From IMG/VR virus record IMGVR_UViG_3300020045_003217, positions 1 through 36,515 of that record: 36,515 nucleotides of DNA; one strand, 5' to 3'. Of the stretch, positions 35,488-36,515 are shown in pieces. This stretch comes from a virus (lineage: Duplodnaviria > Caudoviricetes). The notes under the pieces are model-generated. The model ran no database searches. It had not been told where the DNA came from and worked only from the letters and a program-made list of their open reading frames with translations. Position 1 is the stretch's first letter. Every line of letters starts with the position of its first letter. Made by a program: the position numbers and the translations under genes.

Positions 35488-36288
35488 ATGAAATACATAT
35501 TAATAAAAACTTATCCTGGAAGTCCTAAATTAAATACTATTATTAATTTTGGTGATATAGATTGTGATTTTACACATAATCCAAAAAATTATCCAGAATT
35601 TTGGGAAATAGTTGTTGAAAAAGATTATGAAATATTATCTTTAATAAATATACAAATCCCATCAAAACCAGTAATAATTACTAAAAAAGAAAATAATTTA
35701 TTTTCTATCATTGATACACCTGGCATTAAAACTCTTGAATTTTATGATAAATATGATTATATTAAAATTCATTCAGTTAAAAGATTATCTGATGGCGAAA
35801 TATTTACTATAGATGATGATGTTATTTTTGAATTAGGTAAAGGAAAATGTCATTATAAACATTTTAGAAGTGGTAAGTGCGCAATTGATATTGCAACTAA
35901 AATTGTATCTTTTGTAATTCAAGAAGATATGTTAACAGTCCAGATAGACTATAATAAACTGTGTTATTCATTAGATGCTCCTGAAAAAGTTAAAAAAGTA
36001 TTATTTACAACTGAAGATGGTGTTGATATTTTTGAAGGTGATTATTATTATCCTGTAGATAAATTATATTATTTTTTACATGAAAAGCAAACAAATAATC
36101 ATTGTACAAATAATGATAAATTTTGGATATTTTCAACAAAAGAAAAAGCTGAAGAATATATTTTAATGAATAAACCTTGTTTATCGTTAAATGATATTGA
36201 ATTTGCAATTTTTAAAACAAATAATGCTGAAGAAAAGCGTAATAAATTAAAAGATTTAGTAAAATCAAAAATAAAACAGTCCGTGTAA
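35488..36288 (+). CDS. Hypothetical phage protein
   Basis: 266 aa; LIKTYPGSP, IHSVKRLSDGEIFTI, LFTTEDGVDIFEGD blocks. Confidence 0.7.
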   Translation: MKYILIKTYPGSPKLNTIINFGDIDCDFTHNPKNYPEFWEIVVEKDYEILSLINIQIPSKPVIITKKENNLFSIIDTPGIKTLEFYDKYDYIKIHSVKRLSDGEIFTIDDDVIFELGKGKCHYKHFRSGKCAIDIATKIVSFVIQEDMLTVQIDYNKLCYSLDAPEKVKKVLFTTEDGVDIFEGDYYYPVDKLYYFLHEKQTNNHCTNNDKFWIFSTKEKAEEYILMNKPCLSLNDIEFAIFKTNNAEEKRNKLKDLVKSKIKQSV

Positions 36289-36515
36289 ACTGTGAATAAA
36301 TAACATTTAGTGCAAATGTTTAGCACCCTATCCATGTGGATAACAATTATAAGCATCACTTACAAAACCACGTTGAATTGTAAATGTATAAGAGTAAAAC
36401 TTATAATTGGGGAAATGTAGATTGACAACCTACAGTGTTATTTTATATTATTACATATAATCAATAAATATTATAATTTTAAATCAATAAAAATGACAGT
36501 TACTAAAAATTGTAA

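Noticed and set aside
19509-36359. ORFs 19509-, 19592+, 29215+, 30152-, 31830-, 36005-, 36099-
   Set aside because: Overlap terL, GIY-YIG, viperin or other real genes in other frames; low-complexity translations
1-36515. Stop-codon recoding (TAG or TGA), as in some crAss-like phages
   Set aside because: terL, portal, MCP and fibre are full length in the standard code; TAG and TGA both act as stops; the tRNA is not a clean CUA suppressor

Overview
AT-rich segment of a crAss-like (Crassvirales-related) lytic phage, probably of a Bacteroidota/Flavobacteriia host. The host inference rests on TAnnTTTG promoters and a Bacteroidota-style tmRNA. Bases 1-26.8 kb are a minus-strand late module: terminase, portal, scaffold-like protein, major capsid, accessory capsid/ring proteins, tail fibre, holin/GH24 endolysin/spanin, a metallophosphoesterase, and GroES-like and HU/IHF-like genes. 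Bases 26.9-36.5 kb are a plus-strand accessory region of small ORFs separated by many structured non-coding elements. Highlights: (1) a phage tmRNA split in its T-loop by a complete group I intron that carries an antisense LAGLIDADG homing endonuclease with its own promoter; (2) an unusually long tmRNA tag ending LIAA; (3) a phage-encoded viperin-family radical SAM enzyme; (4) an apparently stand-alone, pseudoknotted ~340-nt ncRNA nested among four paralogous small genes; (5) a twister-like ribozyme candidate, an HNH gene looped out of a structured RNA, several tRNA-like cloverleaves and an aberrant tRNA. All calls come from manual motif and base-pairing reading; no searches were run.
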